Shown here piece after piece: positions 29,350 to 39,900 of a DNA stretch of 64,000 nucleotides (position 1 is its first letter; each line of letters begins with the position of its first letter). Both the position numbers and the translations under genes were made by a program. The notes under the pieces were generated by a model. The model searched no databases. It had not been told where the DNA came from and saw nothing but the letters and a program-made list of their open reading frames with translations. Source of the stretch: a virus; the IMG/VR virus record IMGVR_UViG_3300029989_000005; one strand, given 5' to 3'.

Positions 29350-29700
29350 TTATATTATGTCAAAATAATTAGAAAAATAATGTATAATCATACCGAAATC
29401 CTCAGCAAATTTTATTTCTTTGGCAGTATTATCACCAATATATTCATCAACATCAATAACAAAAATGCTATCAGACTTAAGTATTTTACATTGATGTACG
29501 CTATGTAATGTTTCTATTTCTTCATTAGTCAATATTATATTGTCAGACTTTGAAAACATAGCTAAAGAGTAAACGACATTACCTTCTAATGATAGTTTTT
29601 TATTAACTTCTTCAAAAACTGTCTTAAATTTAGTAGAACCACACAAGGTTATATATTCTTGCTGTGGTAAATTTAATTTTGCTCTTAATTGTTGAAACAT
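29350..29700 (-). CDS. Nucleoside 2-deoxyribosyltransferase-like protein
   Basis: ITLCGSTKF...KI..SD.IFV.DV..YIG..T..EI.FA. Confidence 0.6.
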   Translation of the reverse strand: MFQQLRAKLNLPQQEYITLCGSTKFKTVFEEVNKKLSLEGNVVYSLAMFSKSDNIILTNEEIETLHSVHQCKILKSDSIFVIDVDEYIGDNTAKEIKFAEDFGMIIHYFSNYFDII

Positions 29701-29715
29701 TATATTTTATTTTTT

Positions 29716-29763
29716 ATTACATTAATGCCTGTATACATTTTTATATACAGGCATTAATGTAAT
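29716..29763. terminator. Long hairpin terminator
   Basis: attacattaatgcctgtata / tatacaggcattaatgtaat, 20-bp stem. Confidence 0.75.
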
Positions 29764-29936
29764 TTTCAATGAGTGATATTAAAATTCCTCTAAATCTTGT
29801 ATGAATTTACTATATTTTGGTCTATCTTTTTTGTCACAAAAGTATGATATATCATTAAGTCCTTTTACAATTAATATCAAACTTGTATCACCTTTTGGAT
29901 TAGAAAATTTTAATTCTGATGATATATTGAATATTA

Positions 29937-30434
29937 TTAATTAACATCGCTAACACCGCTAACACCCGATTGATTACCACAATCTTTACAATCTTTACAA
30001 TCTTTACACGAATAACAATTGGTACAATTGGTACAATTGGTACAACCTCTGTCAGCTAAAGAATATTGACCAAGTTTTTCACAATTAGTACAATTTTTGG
30101 AATGGTCAGATTTAATACAATTTTTACAATCATTACAGTGTTGACAATCAGTACAATCAGTACAATTTTTACAAAAATCACAATCTATACAATTAGCACA
30201 ATCAGAACATTGTATACAATTCACACAGTCTTTGCAATTTGTACTACCTGCCGTATCTATACAATTGGTACAGTTCTTTAACTTCGTACTGATATATGTT
30301 GCTTCTCCTTTTTCATATTTGGATTTACTCCATTTATTACCATTATTAGGGTCAACCCAATAATCACCATGTGATTCTAAAATTGTATCATCACTATTTA
30401 TGTTATAACCTTCAAAAATTTTTAATTTCTTCAT
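29937..30434 (-). CDS. Cys-rich (CxxCxxC) repeat protein with an MKKLKIFE leader
   Basis: 26 Cys residues, mostly at period 3. Confidence 0.75.
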   Translation of the reverse strand: MKKLKIFEGYNINSDDTILESHGDYWVDPNNGNKWSKSKYEKGEATYISTKLKNCTNCIDTAGSTNCKDCVNCIQCSDCANCIDCDFCKNCTDCTDCQHCNDCKNCIKSDHSKNCTNCEKLGQYSLADRGCTNCTNCTNCYSCKDCKDCKDCGNQSGVSGVSDVN

Positions 30435-30457
30435 ATTATTTTATATTTTTATATAAT

Positions 30458-32551
30458 TTATTGTATTCTAGTCATAACGAAATCATAAGTAGTTTCGTTA
30501 ACACAGGTTATATCGAATATTGGATATTTTTGGTCACCCAAATTATCAATAGTTCCAATAAGTTTAGAATAAGCTTTATTTGAACCCGAAACAGAACCAT
30601 CGGAATCGGTGTAAATATATATCGCTCTGTTTTGTATATCAACAGGATGATTAAAAACAATACGCATGGTTTGCCCGTTTTTCCATTTTGTTGATAAATC
30701 ATTTACTTTGATTACCAAATTTGCTTGAGCCGTTTTTTCAATAAAATCATTCTCATGATAAATTAATGTTGATAGAGGTTGTAATACAATTATGTTATTA
30801 CCACTTAGTTCATTGCCCGTTGAAAAATCAAAATTTTTCTTGATAATATTATTATATTGTTGGGTATTGTTGGTTAATGTTATATTTTGGTCAGTTACTA
30901 CAGCCGTAATACCCTGCATTCCATTTACAGAAAATAATACATTAACATCAACATCTGTTTTGCCTTGAAGTATTTGAGTGATCTGAGCTTGTTGTTTACC
31001 AAGTAAGCCCAATATTGTAGATTCATCAACATTATCAACCAATAATTCATTTTGTTTTTTTAGTATTGCTGAAATGGTTGTTAATAAATTGGAATCAGCT
31101 AGCAACCTTTGATATTCTTCATTTTGAGCAATTAATGTTTTTGTGTATGATAACAGTTCCTCATAATTTCTTGATAATAGTTGAATGTTATTTATGGCAT
31201 CCAAGAACATTGACATTGACAAAGTATTGTAATCGTTTACTGATACCTCTATCTTTTTATCAACAGTATTGGTCGAAACATCAAATTTAAAATTAAGTTT
31301 AAGACCATAACCATTACCTGTGTTTCCTAAGAAATTAGATTGTTTTATTTTTTCAAGTGATGTTATCTGAGATATTACATCAACTACAGGTACAATATCG
31401 TCAAGAAACAATACACCGAATAAATTTGTTGACCTTATAGTTTCATCATTTGCATCATATACGTCATAATAAAGCAATAAGGTATTAAAATCAAAATTTG
31501 CCGCACTTGGTGTATTATTAAACTGTGTAAATGTTGAAATTTGATCTATGTTATCATTATTATAATTTACAACCTCTTGATAATTTTCAATATCAAAATC
31601 TATTGAAATGCCATCAAGCCTTGAACGTTTGAATATCACAGCCGTGCTTCCACCACCTCTTGATATAGTATCAGTTGTAGCATCGTTAAATACAGGGTCT
31701 GTAATATAAGAATTTACAGCAAACGCCTTTGAACCATACCAAGATGTTGGTTTTGATGTACCGTTAACAACATACGTCAGCCCACCCTCATTAATGTCTA
31801 TATCATAAACAGCATCAACCGACAAACCTGCAGATGTAGGATTATCATCAATAGTTCTACCTTTTATATATTCGGGGCTTGTAGTAACCTGTATTACAGT
31901 ATCCTCATTATAATTTTCATCGGATATAGACTTGAAAAGCACGGTAGGTGTATTACCATTTTGAGATGGAATATTTATATAGACCTCGTTGAACTGATTT
32001 TCATTTTGTTTAGTGTTAGAACCTTGCATTTCTACATGTCCTATATATTCCACAACTCTTTTGTAAGTGTTAGCGGATGTGTTTTCCTCTAAAAATCTAC
32101 TGTCGGCAAGAGAAGATACTTTCTTTGTGTTATCAGCATTTTGAAATCTTAAAGCACCAATCTCTTTTAACCATTTAAAGAAGATACGCTCAGATACTGT
32201 CCTTAAATTAGCCCTGTTATAGATACTTTGACTTGTAAGATTAGCCTCAAAATTCATGACATAGTTCTGAAAGCTTTCAGAAAAATCAAGCTTATTCTGT
32301 GCATTTGGTTCTGTTAATTGAGTATTTAAACCATTCACATAATGACCCTCTATGTTTAGAAAGTTCATAGAATTTTGGGTATTACCACCTAATGTTGGTT
32401 GTATTTTGGGTAAGTTTAATAATGCATAATGTGAAAACAAAAACTTGTTAGTATTGCTTTGAGGCATAAATGATGCATTGAGGTCTTCCGATGCTGACGG
32501 CATTGTAATAAATACACCCTTTTTAAAAAGTGAGAGAAGTGGAGTAATCAT
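30458..32551 (-). CDS. Probable virion structural protein
   Basis: 697 aa, N/T/S-rich with a central coiled coil; late-type motif at 32563-32575. Confidence 0.6.
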   Translation of the reverse strand: MITPLLSLFKKGVFITMPSASEDLNASFMPQSNTNKFLFSHYALLNLPKIQPTLGGNTQNSMNFLNIEGHYVNGLNTQLTEPNAQNKLDFSESFQNYVMNFEANLTSQSIYNRANLRTVSERIFFKWLKEIGALRFQNADNTKKVSSLADSRFLEENTSANTYKRVVEYIGHVEMQGSNTKQNENQFNEVYINIPSQNGNTPTVLFKSISDENYNEDTVIQVTTSPEYIKGRTIDDNPTSAGLSVDAVYDIDINEGGLTYVVNGTSKPTSWYGSKAFAVNSYITDPVFNDATTDTISRGGGSTAVIFKRSRLDGISIDFDIENYQEVVNYNNDNIDQISTFTQFNNTPSAANFDFNTLLLYYDVYDANDETIRSTNLFGVLFLDDIVPVVDVISQITSLEKIKQSNFLGNTGNGYGLKLNFKFDVSTNTVDKKIEVSVNDYNTLSMSMFLDAINNIQLLSRNYEELLSYTKTLIAQNEEYQRLLADSNLLTTISAILKKQNELLVDNVDESTILGLLGKQQAQITQILQGKTDVDVNVLFSVNGMQGITAVVTDQNITLTNNTQQYNNIIKKNFDFSTGNELSGNNIIVLQPLSTLIYHENDFIEKTAQANLVIKVNDLSTKWKNGQTMRIVFNHPVDIQNRAIYIYTDSDGSVSGSNKAYSKLIGTIDNLGDQKYPIFDITCVNETTYDFVMTRIQ

Positions 32552-32595
32552 ATAAATTATATTTTTAATTATTTAACTCGATGTATAAATACAGA

Positions 32596-32627
32596 AATGA
32601 CTGTCATTATAAGCAATGACAGTCATT
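32596..32627. terminator. Hairpin terminator
   Basis: aatgactgtcatt / aatgacagtcatt. Confidence 0.65.
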
Positions 32628-32639
32628 AAATTAATTACT

Positions 32640-32921
32640 TTACTGTTGTTGTCTGTGTATATCAGATTCAGAGTATGCTATCAATGTATCTTTACCCATA
32701 ACAAATACGTAGCAATGGATTCCTTTTACCTCCCATTTTCTGAGTAATTTTAAATTACGCATATTACTTGGGGTTTTTACAATTTTTGGGGTTTCATTCT
32801 TTGGTATTGTATATGCATTGGATGAAATGATACCAAAACAACAAACCAAAACAACACCAACGATTATTGCCACCTTAACTGTAGTGCCTATTGTACGCAC
32901 AATTAACTTTCCATTTTTCAT
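32640..32921 (-). CDS. Membrane-anchored hypothetical protein
   Basis: N-terminal hydrophobic helix VAIIVGVVLVCCFGII. Confidence 0.6.
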   Translation of the reverse strand: MKNGKLIVRTIGTTVKVAIIVGVVLVCCFGIISSNAYTIPKNETPKIVKTPSNMRNLKLLRKWEVKGIHCYVFVMGKDTLIAYSESDIHRQQQ

Positions 32922-32984
32922 TGTTAATTTTGTTTAATTATTAATTTTTTATATAATTTTTATATTATGATATTGTCTTACGTG

Positions 32985-33419
32985 TCAAATATCCTTAGAT
33001 TCTACTCGTATAGTCCTTAATTTTGACATTAATTCTTTATGTTTTCTTCTGTTTTCAATGGCTTCATCTGATTCAACAAATATTGCATTATCGGGTAATA
33101 AATTTCTAAAATTTAATGGTATATCACCCTGATGCCAAAGGTTTTTTGTCTGAACAATACGACCATCGTTAAATATGATTTTAAACTGTCTTCCGCCATG
33201 ACCTTGAAAAAACGTTTCACTACTATCAGGATAAAAAGTATAATGGCTACCATTAACAATGGCTATTTTTTTTGAGTACCCGTTTGTACCATTTCCGTAG
33301 CTTTTAACTTTCTCATTCCAAAAATTAATATGAAAACACTTATCACCACACATTACGGGAACTTCATCCCTATAATGAGATTCCTCTATTTCTTTTCCGC
33401 AAACTATACATTTTACCAT
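32985..33419 (-). CDS. Hypothetical phage protein
   Basis: CIVCG...GHGGRQF...NLWHQG.IP. Confidence 0.65.
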   Translation of the reverse strand: MVKCIVCGKEIEESHYRDEVPVMCGDKCFHINFWNEKVKSYGNGTNGYSKKIAIVNGSHYTFYPDSSETFFQGHGGRQFKIIFNDGRIVQTKNLWHQGDIPLNFRNLLPDNAIFVESDEAIENRRKHKELMSKLRTIRVESKDI

Positions 33420-33423
33420 AATA

Positions 33424-34593
33424 TTAAAATATTGATAATTTTTGTTTCTTTTGTATTCTCATAATTTTTATAGGTAATAGTAATTCATCGTGTCCACTAA
33501 TTGGTTTGCCTATGTACTCATGGCAATAAGAGGTTCTAGAAAGTACTTTTTTCATCATTCTTCTTTTATAAATACTGTTACCATAATCTATATCGCTTCT
33601 GTATTTGCCATTCTTACTAGTACCTCTCCAAAGCGGTGATTTATTGCGGTGTTCGCCAAGTGCGGGGTTTATAGTTTTTGTAAATAATCTCCCACCATTA
33701 TGAACTATTATTCCCGCTGTAAATTCAGAAATTGATTTGCCTATACCCATACCCTGAAAATCAGGAAGTACAACAGTTCTGCTGAGTGCATACCCGTTGG
33801 GAAAGTTACCCGTTGGGAAAGTTTTATAAACACATATTCCAACAGGAATGTCATCCCATACAAATACAAGATATCCGAAGCCCTTGTTAGATTCCGAGGT
33901 TAGATAATGATGTTTTTTAAAGATTTCCCAAGTATTAGGCTCTGTTCTATAGACTTGCAAGTCAATTTTAGGTCTTCCTTGCCTTCGGCAGTCATGTCTT
34001 TTGGACATGCCTCCATTTTGAAGATTAACAGACCAATCAGGTAATAACCATTCTAACACATCATAGTGTACCGATGCAATTATTATCTTTTTGTTTAATT
34101 TCCTTACATATTTTTGTATTGCGAATGACATGGACTTTGCAACATATCTATCAACAACCGATGTATATTCGTCAATGAGTATTATCTCACCATCTTTTGA
34201 TGATGCAATTAGATAGGCTAATTTTGCTCTGTATTGTTCACCATTTGAAAGTAAATGAAAAGGTCTTAGCCATGTGGGAACTGATGAAAGCCCAACAGAT
34301 GTTAAAGCAAATGTAGCTTCTTTTGGGTCTAAGAAATTAAAGTTACTTATAAGTGCCTTGTTAGTATCAAACTTTACATCAGGTATGTTACCAATTGATC
34401 TTAATATCGATGATTTACCCGAACCGCTGCTTCCAAGTATTATTCCAATGTTCCAATCAGACTCATTCATTTCTGATAAATCAAAAATGATTTCGGTTGA
34501 TGTTTTATCAGAGTCTTGTATATCAAACGTTGAATAAACATATTCTGTATATTCGTCATTGATTATTTCATGCTCAAGATTTATCTTACTCAT
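33424..34593 (-). CDS. ABC-type ATPase fused to a GNAT (Mom-like) acetyltransferase
   Basis: GSSGSGKSS, LSNGEQYR and LIDEYTS motifs; C-terminal KHHYL...SRTVVLPDFQGMGIG. Confidence 0.85.
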   Translation of the reverse strand: MSKINLEHEIINDEYTEYVYSTFDIQDSDKTSTEIIFDLSEMNESDWNIGIILGSSGSGKSSILRSIGNIPDVKFDTNKALISNFNFLDPKEATFALTSVGLSSVPTWLRPFHLLSNGEQYRAKLAYLIASSKDGEIILIDEYTSVVDRYVAKSMSFAIQKYVRKLNKKIIIASVHYDVLEWLLPDWSVNLQNGGMSKRHDCRRQGRPKIDLQVYRTEPNTWEIFKKHHYLTSESNKGFGYLVFVWDDIPVGICVYKTFPTGNFPNGYALSRTVVLPDFQGMGIGKSISEFTAGIIVHNGGRLFTKTINPALGEHRNKSPLWRGTSKNGKYRSDIDYGNSIYKRRMMKKVLSRTSYCHEYIGKPISGHDELLLPIKIMRIQKKQKLSIF

Positions 34594-34877
34594 TCTGCAC
34601 CAAATTTATCAACACACAATTCATATTCTTCCACAGATATTTCCCTAAGTTCATAGTTTCCAAGACATCCTCTAAAACCTCTTAAGTCGTTACAAATTTT
34701 GTCAAATTCTATTTCTTCGGATTTACTAAAATCATCAGTCATAAAAGTGTCCTCAATAAAATTTTCTTCATCTAAACCATGTCTTTTACAATATATAAAA
34801 CTAGCCTCAATAATCATTAAGTTTTTATGAGTCTTTTTTAATATCCTTGGTGTGATTTTTAATACATCAGTTTCCAT
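34590..34877 (-). CDS. Hypothetical protein
   Basis: 95 aa, 4-bp overlap with the next gene. Confidence 0.6.
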   Translation of the reverse strand: METDVLKITPRILKKTHKNLMIIEASFIYCKRHGLDEENFIEDTFMTDDFSKSEEIEFDKICNDLRGFRGCLGNYELREISVEEYELCVDKFGAE

Positions 34878-34881
34878 AATG

Positions 34882-35316
34882 TTAATCTATTTGTAAGTTT
34901 AAGTCATTGCCTGTTAAAAGAGCACCGTTTGTTATAGCCAATTCATCGAAATATTTTTGCCAATCGTCTGTTTTGCCAATTTCAAAATCTTCAACATATG
35001 GTATTGGTTTACATACCATACCATCTTTAATTGATATTTTACCAAGTATTTCATTTTCTCCCAACAAAACGAATTTTTCCTTATTGAATTTAACGAACAC
35101 ACCCGACATATCACCATAAAAAACAATGTCTGATTTATTAAATTTATATGCCAATGCTGAAATTGATACAACCACACCGACATTACCCGCCAATGTTTCA
35201 CCAATTATGTGATGATTTATTTCAGGTTGCCAAACTAGCACATTTTTCTTTGTAAGTTCCACGAATTCACATAGCTCAAGAACTTTCTTTAATTTATTTT
35301 CCATTTTATTATCCAA
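34882..35316 (-). CDS. GroES-like co-chaperonin (T4 gp31 analogue)
   Basis: GVVVSI...KSDIVFYGDMSG...FVLLGENEILGKI resembles the GroES C-terminal signature. Confidence 0.7.
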   Translation of the reverse strand: MDNKMENKLKKVLELCEFVELTKKNVLVWQPEINHHIIGETLAGNVGVVVSISALAYKFNKSDIVFYGDMSGVFVKFNKEKFVLLGENEILGKISIKDGMVCKPIPYVEDFEIGKTDDWQKYFDELAITNGALLTGNDLNLQID

Positions 35317-35878
35317 AAATATAAGTATTTACTAATGTCGATAACATTTTTAATATTCTTTGACGTTTAAGGTAAGATATTTGTGATTTGTTAATTACAC
35401 ACATGTCAACCTTGGATTCCTTAATTTTTATGTAAATATCAGTGCCTTTTATTGAAAATAGCATACCATCATCAGTACCACAGCTGAATAAAAATTCCTG
35501 ATATTTATCTATATTTTTAAACTCAGTATTATCAGAAAGATATTTTACTCTTTCTATATATTGTGTAACATATTTAGAACTCATATTATTTTGTAATTCT
35601 TCCGCAGAATTCAAAAAATTAATTAATTTAGGTTTTAATAGTTCTAAATCGTTTAATTCTTTATTATTAACAGATAATATAACCATTTTACTATTTTCAT
35701 CATAGCATGTTAAATGATAAGGTATATAATTAGTATTTTCACTTTTATCAATAATGAATGATATGTGGAATTTTTGGCTGTACATCATTATTCTACCATT
35801 TTCAATTTCAAAAAAAGGTAAAAACTGTTCAAATAATGATGTGCTAATGGATTGCAGTGCATCAATTATATCTTTCAT
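35309..35878 (-). CDS. Hypothetical protein
   Basis: 189-aa ORF. Confidence 0.6.
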   Translation of the reverse strand: MKDIIDALQSISTSLFEQFLPFFEIENGRIMMYSQKFHISFIIDKSENTNYIPYHLTCYDENSKMVILSVNNKELNDLELLKPKLINFLNSAEELQNNMSSKYVTQYIERVKYLSDNTEFKNIDKYQEFLFSCGTDDGMLFSIKGTDIYIKIKESKVDMCVINKSQISYLKRQRILKMLSTLVNTYIFG

Positions 35879-35899
35879 ATTTTAAATAATTAAAAATTT

Positions 35900-36247
35900 A
35901 TGATAACTGTTATAGACTTAGACATATTAAATTCTACTGATGATGATTTAACAGACCTTCTATACGTTTATATCCAAGAGATATTAATGGTACTCAATAC
36001 AGATAAAACTGAGGTGTTGGGGTGTCCGACTATGACAGTAAATTTAGAAGAATTAGTGTATGATATAAATCTTGATGAATCAGCTATACAAAAATTGATA
36101 CTTGATAAATTGAGTCAATACACATCTTTATATGATAATTTTGATACTCAAATCAATGTAAAATTTGCAAAAGGAACTGAGAGGGATGTTTGTTTAATAG
36201 ATTTCTCCATAAATTCAGAAGCCAATTTTTCTTTAATGATTAAATAA
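35900..36247 (+). CDS. Baseplate wedge subunit, T4 gp25-like
   Basis: QEI.MVL.T.KTEVLG.P...VNLEELVYD; has its own late motif at 35883-35895. Confidence 0.7.
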   Translation: MITVIDLDILNSTDDDLTDLLYVYIQEILMVLNTDKTEVLGCPTMTVNLEELVYDINLDESAIQKLILDKLSQYTSLYDNFDTQINVKFAKGTERDVCLIDFSINSEANFSLMIK

Positions 36248-36947
36248 AATCATTAAAGAAAAATTGGAAATACTTGTTTATCCAAAATGAGTCAATTATA
36301 TCATCTATTGGCTTGGCAACCTCATTAACGCTCTTACCCTTTTTATTTTTTAACGATGCAAACTTATCACAGTCATTAGTCATAAGTTTATGAAAGCCAC
36401 AAGCCGTCAAATTTTCATCTTTCAACGCAATAAAAGATATAAGTAATTGGTACTTGTCAAAATTACCACCACCCGCAAATTTTTTAACTTGTGGTGCTGT
36501 TACCAAAAACAGATCATCCATTTCAAAAAATGTGGTTTTTAAAAGGTTTGACTTTAATTCCATTGTGTTTTCAATAATTTGTATGAAAGTATCAGAAGCA
36601 GAACCATATGAATAATTCTCAAAAACTAATATATTCCTGTTTTCATTGGAAACATGCATGCATATAAAATCAGATAATTGCCTGTTATATGATATACAAT
36701 TATTTATATGGTCTTTTTCCCAACCCGACAATCCATTTACTCGTGATTTTACCGCTTTGATTGGTGGTCTGTGATATTTTTGAACGATTACATAATTCGT
36801 TATACTTTCAGCTATACTTTCAGTTTTTTTATCCTTATATATATTTACAAATGATAAAAATTTATGTGATTTGGTGTCACAATTATATATTGTGACACCC
36901 GTTGAATTAAGTGAATAATCTACACTTACTATTTCTGTTTCAACCAT
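36240..36947 (-). CDS. RuvC-like Holliday junction resolvase
   Basis: SVDYSLNSTG, VFENYSYG, QVKKFA.G.GN.DK and DDIIDSF motifs. Confidence 0.8.
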   Translation of the reverse strand: MVETEIVSVDYSLNSTGVTIYNCDTKSHKFLSFVNIYKDKKTESIAESITNYVIVQKYHRPPIKAVKSRVNGLSGWEKDHINNCISYNRQLSDFICMHVSNENRNILVFENYSYGSASDTFIQIIENTMELKSNLLKTTFFEMDDLFLVTAPQVKKFAGGGNFDKYQLLISFIALKDENLTACGFHKLMTNDCDKFASLKNKKGKSVNEVAKPIDDIIDSFWINKYFQFFFNDFI

Positions 36948-39900
36948 TATTTCTGATAACTTTTAGTAAATGTTATATCAAATGAAAATAAATCCTCAAC
37001 ACTTCTTTGAGCAATGTCTATACCTATCTTTTTAGAATAAGTAACATTTCCTATGCTTCCAATGCCACCAATGTTACCTGAACCATCGTTACCCGCACCG
37101 AAAAAATCAGTCATACGTGTTTGAAACAATATAGGTATTTTGATCAATGAATTATTCAATGTTAGTCCTTTATTATACATCTGAGAGCCAACATATAATG
37201 AACGGTTTAGTTGTGGGAATATTTTAAGATATGCACCACAAGTATCAGAGCCAATTAAATACTTATCCCATTCAGCAAACCCGTTTTTTTGTGGAAGTTC
37301 AACTATTTGTGTCAAAGCCGCATTATCGGAAAAATCAGATTTTTGACTAAATTGTTTTTGTTTATAATAGTTGGTTTCACCAAATTTTTTTGATGCCAAT
37401 ATTGTTTGATAGAACATTGGATAAATGAAATTACCATTGTATTTGAGATATCTAGGAATAAAATCACCTAATGTTTGATTACTATAGATGTTATCACCGT
37501 TGCTATCAATGGCTGTTCTTAAATTTTTGTAATTAGTTGGCTGTACTTGTATATCAGCATTGCCACCCAAAGCGGGATGTAATTTGTGTACAGCGAAAGA
37601 TGTATTGTTACCGCCACCATTAGGGCTGAACAAAGCGTCAACATCCCATGAACCATTCCATATAAAATCCTCAGCACCCGCACCACCTGATAATTTCAAG
37701 AAATTGTATTCATCGGCTGTGTAAAGTGGTTCGGATAATGAAAAATCCATATACCTCTGATAGAGTAATTGACCATATGCTTGCATACTTGCATATTCGG
37801 GAAGCTCTAAATTAGGGTTTGAATTTTTGAAAGCAATGTAGTCATTATCAGTTTCTTTATAGTAGCTATAGCCGATAGGTGATAAGAAATATTTTCTGTA
37901 TTGGTTATATTCAGAGGCATTTCTTATGTACCCATTATAATCGACTGTTGGTAGAAATTTATTGTAATATCCAGGAACGAAGCTCAATATATTTGAATCG
38001 TAATTGGTTTTATTCCTTATAACAAGATAATAAGTGTCATTTATTATCTTTCCTTTTCTGTCTGTCAATTGTTCAACCTGATCTCTGTAATAAGGTGCTT
38101 GTATTTGTACAGATGACTCGTTTTCTATGGTTGTAATTAAATTACCATTAGAATCTTCAATATAAATATCAATATCACCTATCTGAGTTAAATAGTTTGC
38201 CTTAATGCTTGAAATATCCTCTTTCATGGATGCAACTACCTGTTCAACTGACATTTTTTTATTTTCAGGTGTGAAGTAATTCATTGAAATATTTTCGGCA
38301 GCATGATTGAATTTTTGGTCTGCAGAACTTGATGAATCCTTTAAATGTTCATACAGCCCGATAGATTGTAATTCTTGAAATAATGTAGATAAAAAATTGT
38401 CAGATGATAATTCTTGTATTATTGATTGATTGTTTTTTACCAAATCGGATGGAAACTCAACAATTACGGATTCAGCCCAATCTGATACTATTGCATATAT
38501 TGGATATCCCACCTCTGAAATAGACCGTACTCTGATTTCAACAGTTTCATTTTCTGTTATAGGAATCATTACCTCATTTATGGACATTTCATCGGCATTT
38601 GATTCAACCACATTTTTCCATTCAGATTTACCCGTATCTTTATTGAAGACTTTAAATCTCTGAGGTAAATCTAACAGTTTATTCCAATCTGTTGAGGTTG
38701 CACTAACCTTATTGCCGTTTTTATCAATATAAGATGTTGGTTGGGCATTGGTAGATGTTTTGTTAACTGTCAGGTATCTGTATTCACATTCAAATTTTAT
38801 AATACCTTGAGCACCTATTTTATTGACTTCATCAGTATAAACATCACTTGGTATATCAAAAAATCCTCTTATGGCATACTTTGGTGAAAAAGTTCCGTTT
38901 GTGTTTATTGTAGCAAGCAAATCACTAACAATGGACTGATAATTTGCCGTTAAATTTTTACGTTTTGTATAAGCATCATCAATTTGGCTTTCAATTTTTG
39001 ATCTTGAAATATCATAAGTTTCAACAAACAATTTACCTTTTAAATTGGTAATGGAAACATCAACAGATGCAATTTCAGTTTTAATTTTTTCTTTCTCAGC
39101 ATATTTTTCTTTGATCTGAGATTCCAATTGTTCCTGTTTATGTTTGTTTATTACACCAACAGTAAAATTAGAAACTAATAATGATGGGGTATTTGGTGCA
39201 ATATAATCATCTAAACTAGTATGATTTACGGCAGCTAGGTATTTGATTCCGTTTCTGATATCAGAAATGTTGGCGTTAAAATAATCTGAAAAAGAAACTT
39301 TATCTTTGATTAACGTATTTGTTACTATGAACTTTGATTCACCCCAATTTGACGAAACTAATGATTCATTGGTTACAATTTTTATAAATGGTGCAAACAT
39401 TTCATTTATATCAATAGGAATTTTTGCCTTTATATCTTCATCATACAATCCAAGAATTGATAATGTACCGACACCTATTTTAACAGCATCAAGACCCTCA
39501 ATTCTTTGTACAGATATTTCAAATGTATCATAATCTATAAATGCTATTTTATATATTGTGGATTTATTTCCGCTACTATCATTTACAACAACCTGATCAC
39601 CTATTTTCAAAGATTGTTTTATACCTGTGTTGTTTTCTACGTATGATGTTGAATCAATTTTGTACAACATAGTACCAACAACAAGTGCCTGATTGTCAGA
39701 TATTATTGATTTCCTATAAGACACAACATCAAAGTTGCCCGAATATTTAAGCATTTTAGGTGTTACATCAACATTGTAGTCTACCTCTTTATAATAAATG
39801 GCTTGTCCATCAAGTACGGACTTTAAATCATTATACTTATAAATATTGTTTTTAATATAATTGCTGAAATACGTTAGTTTGGTTTCATTGGTTTCAGTTA

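Noticed and set aside
29780-29938. Open frame IFNISSELKF...IQDLEEF downstream of the Cys-rich gene (minus strand)
   Set aside because: No suitable ATG start; at best a gene remnant with no assignable function
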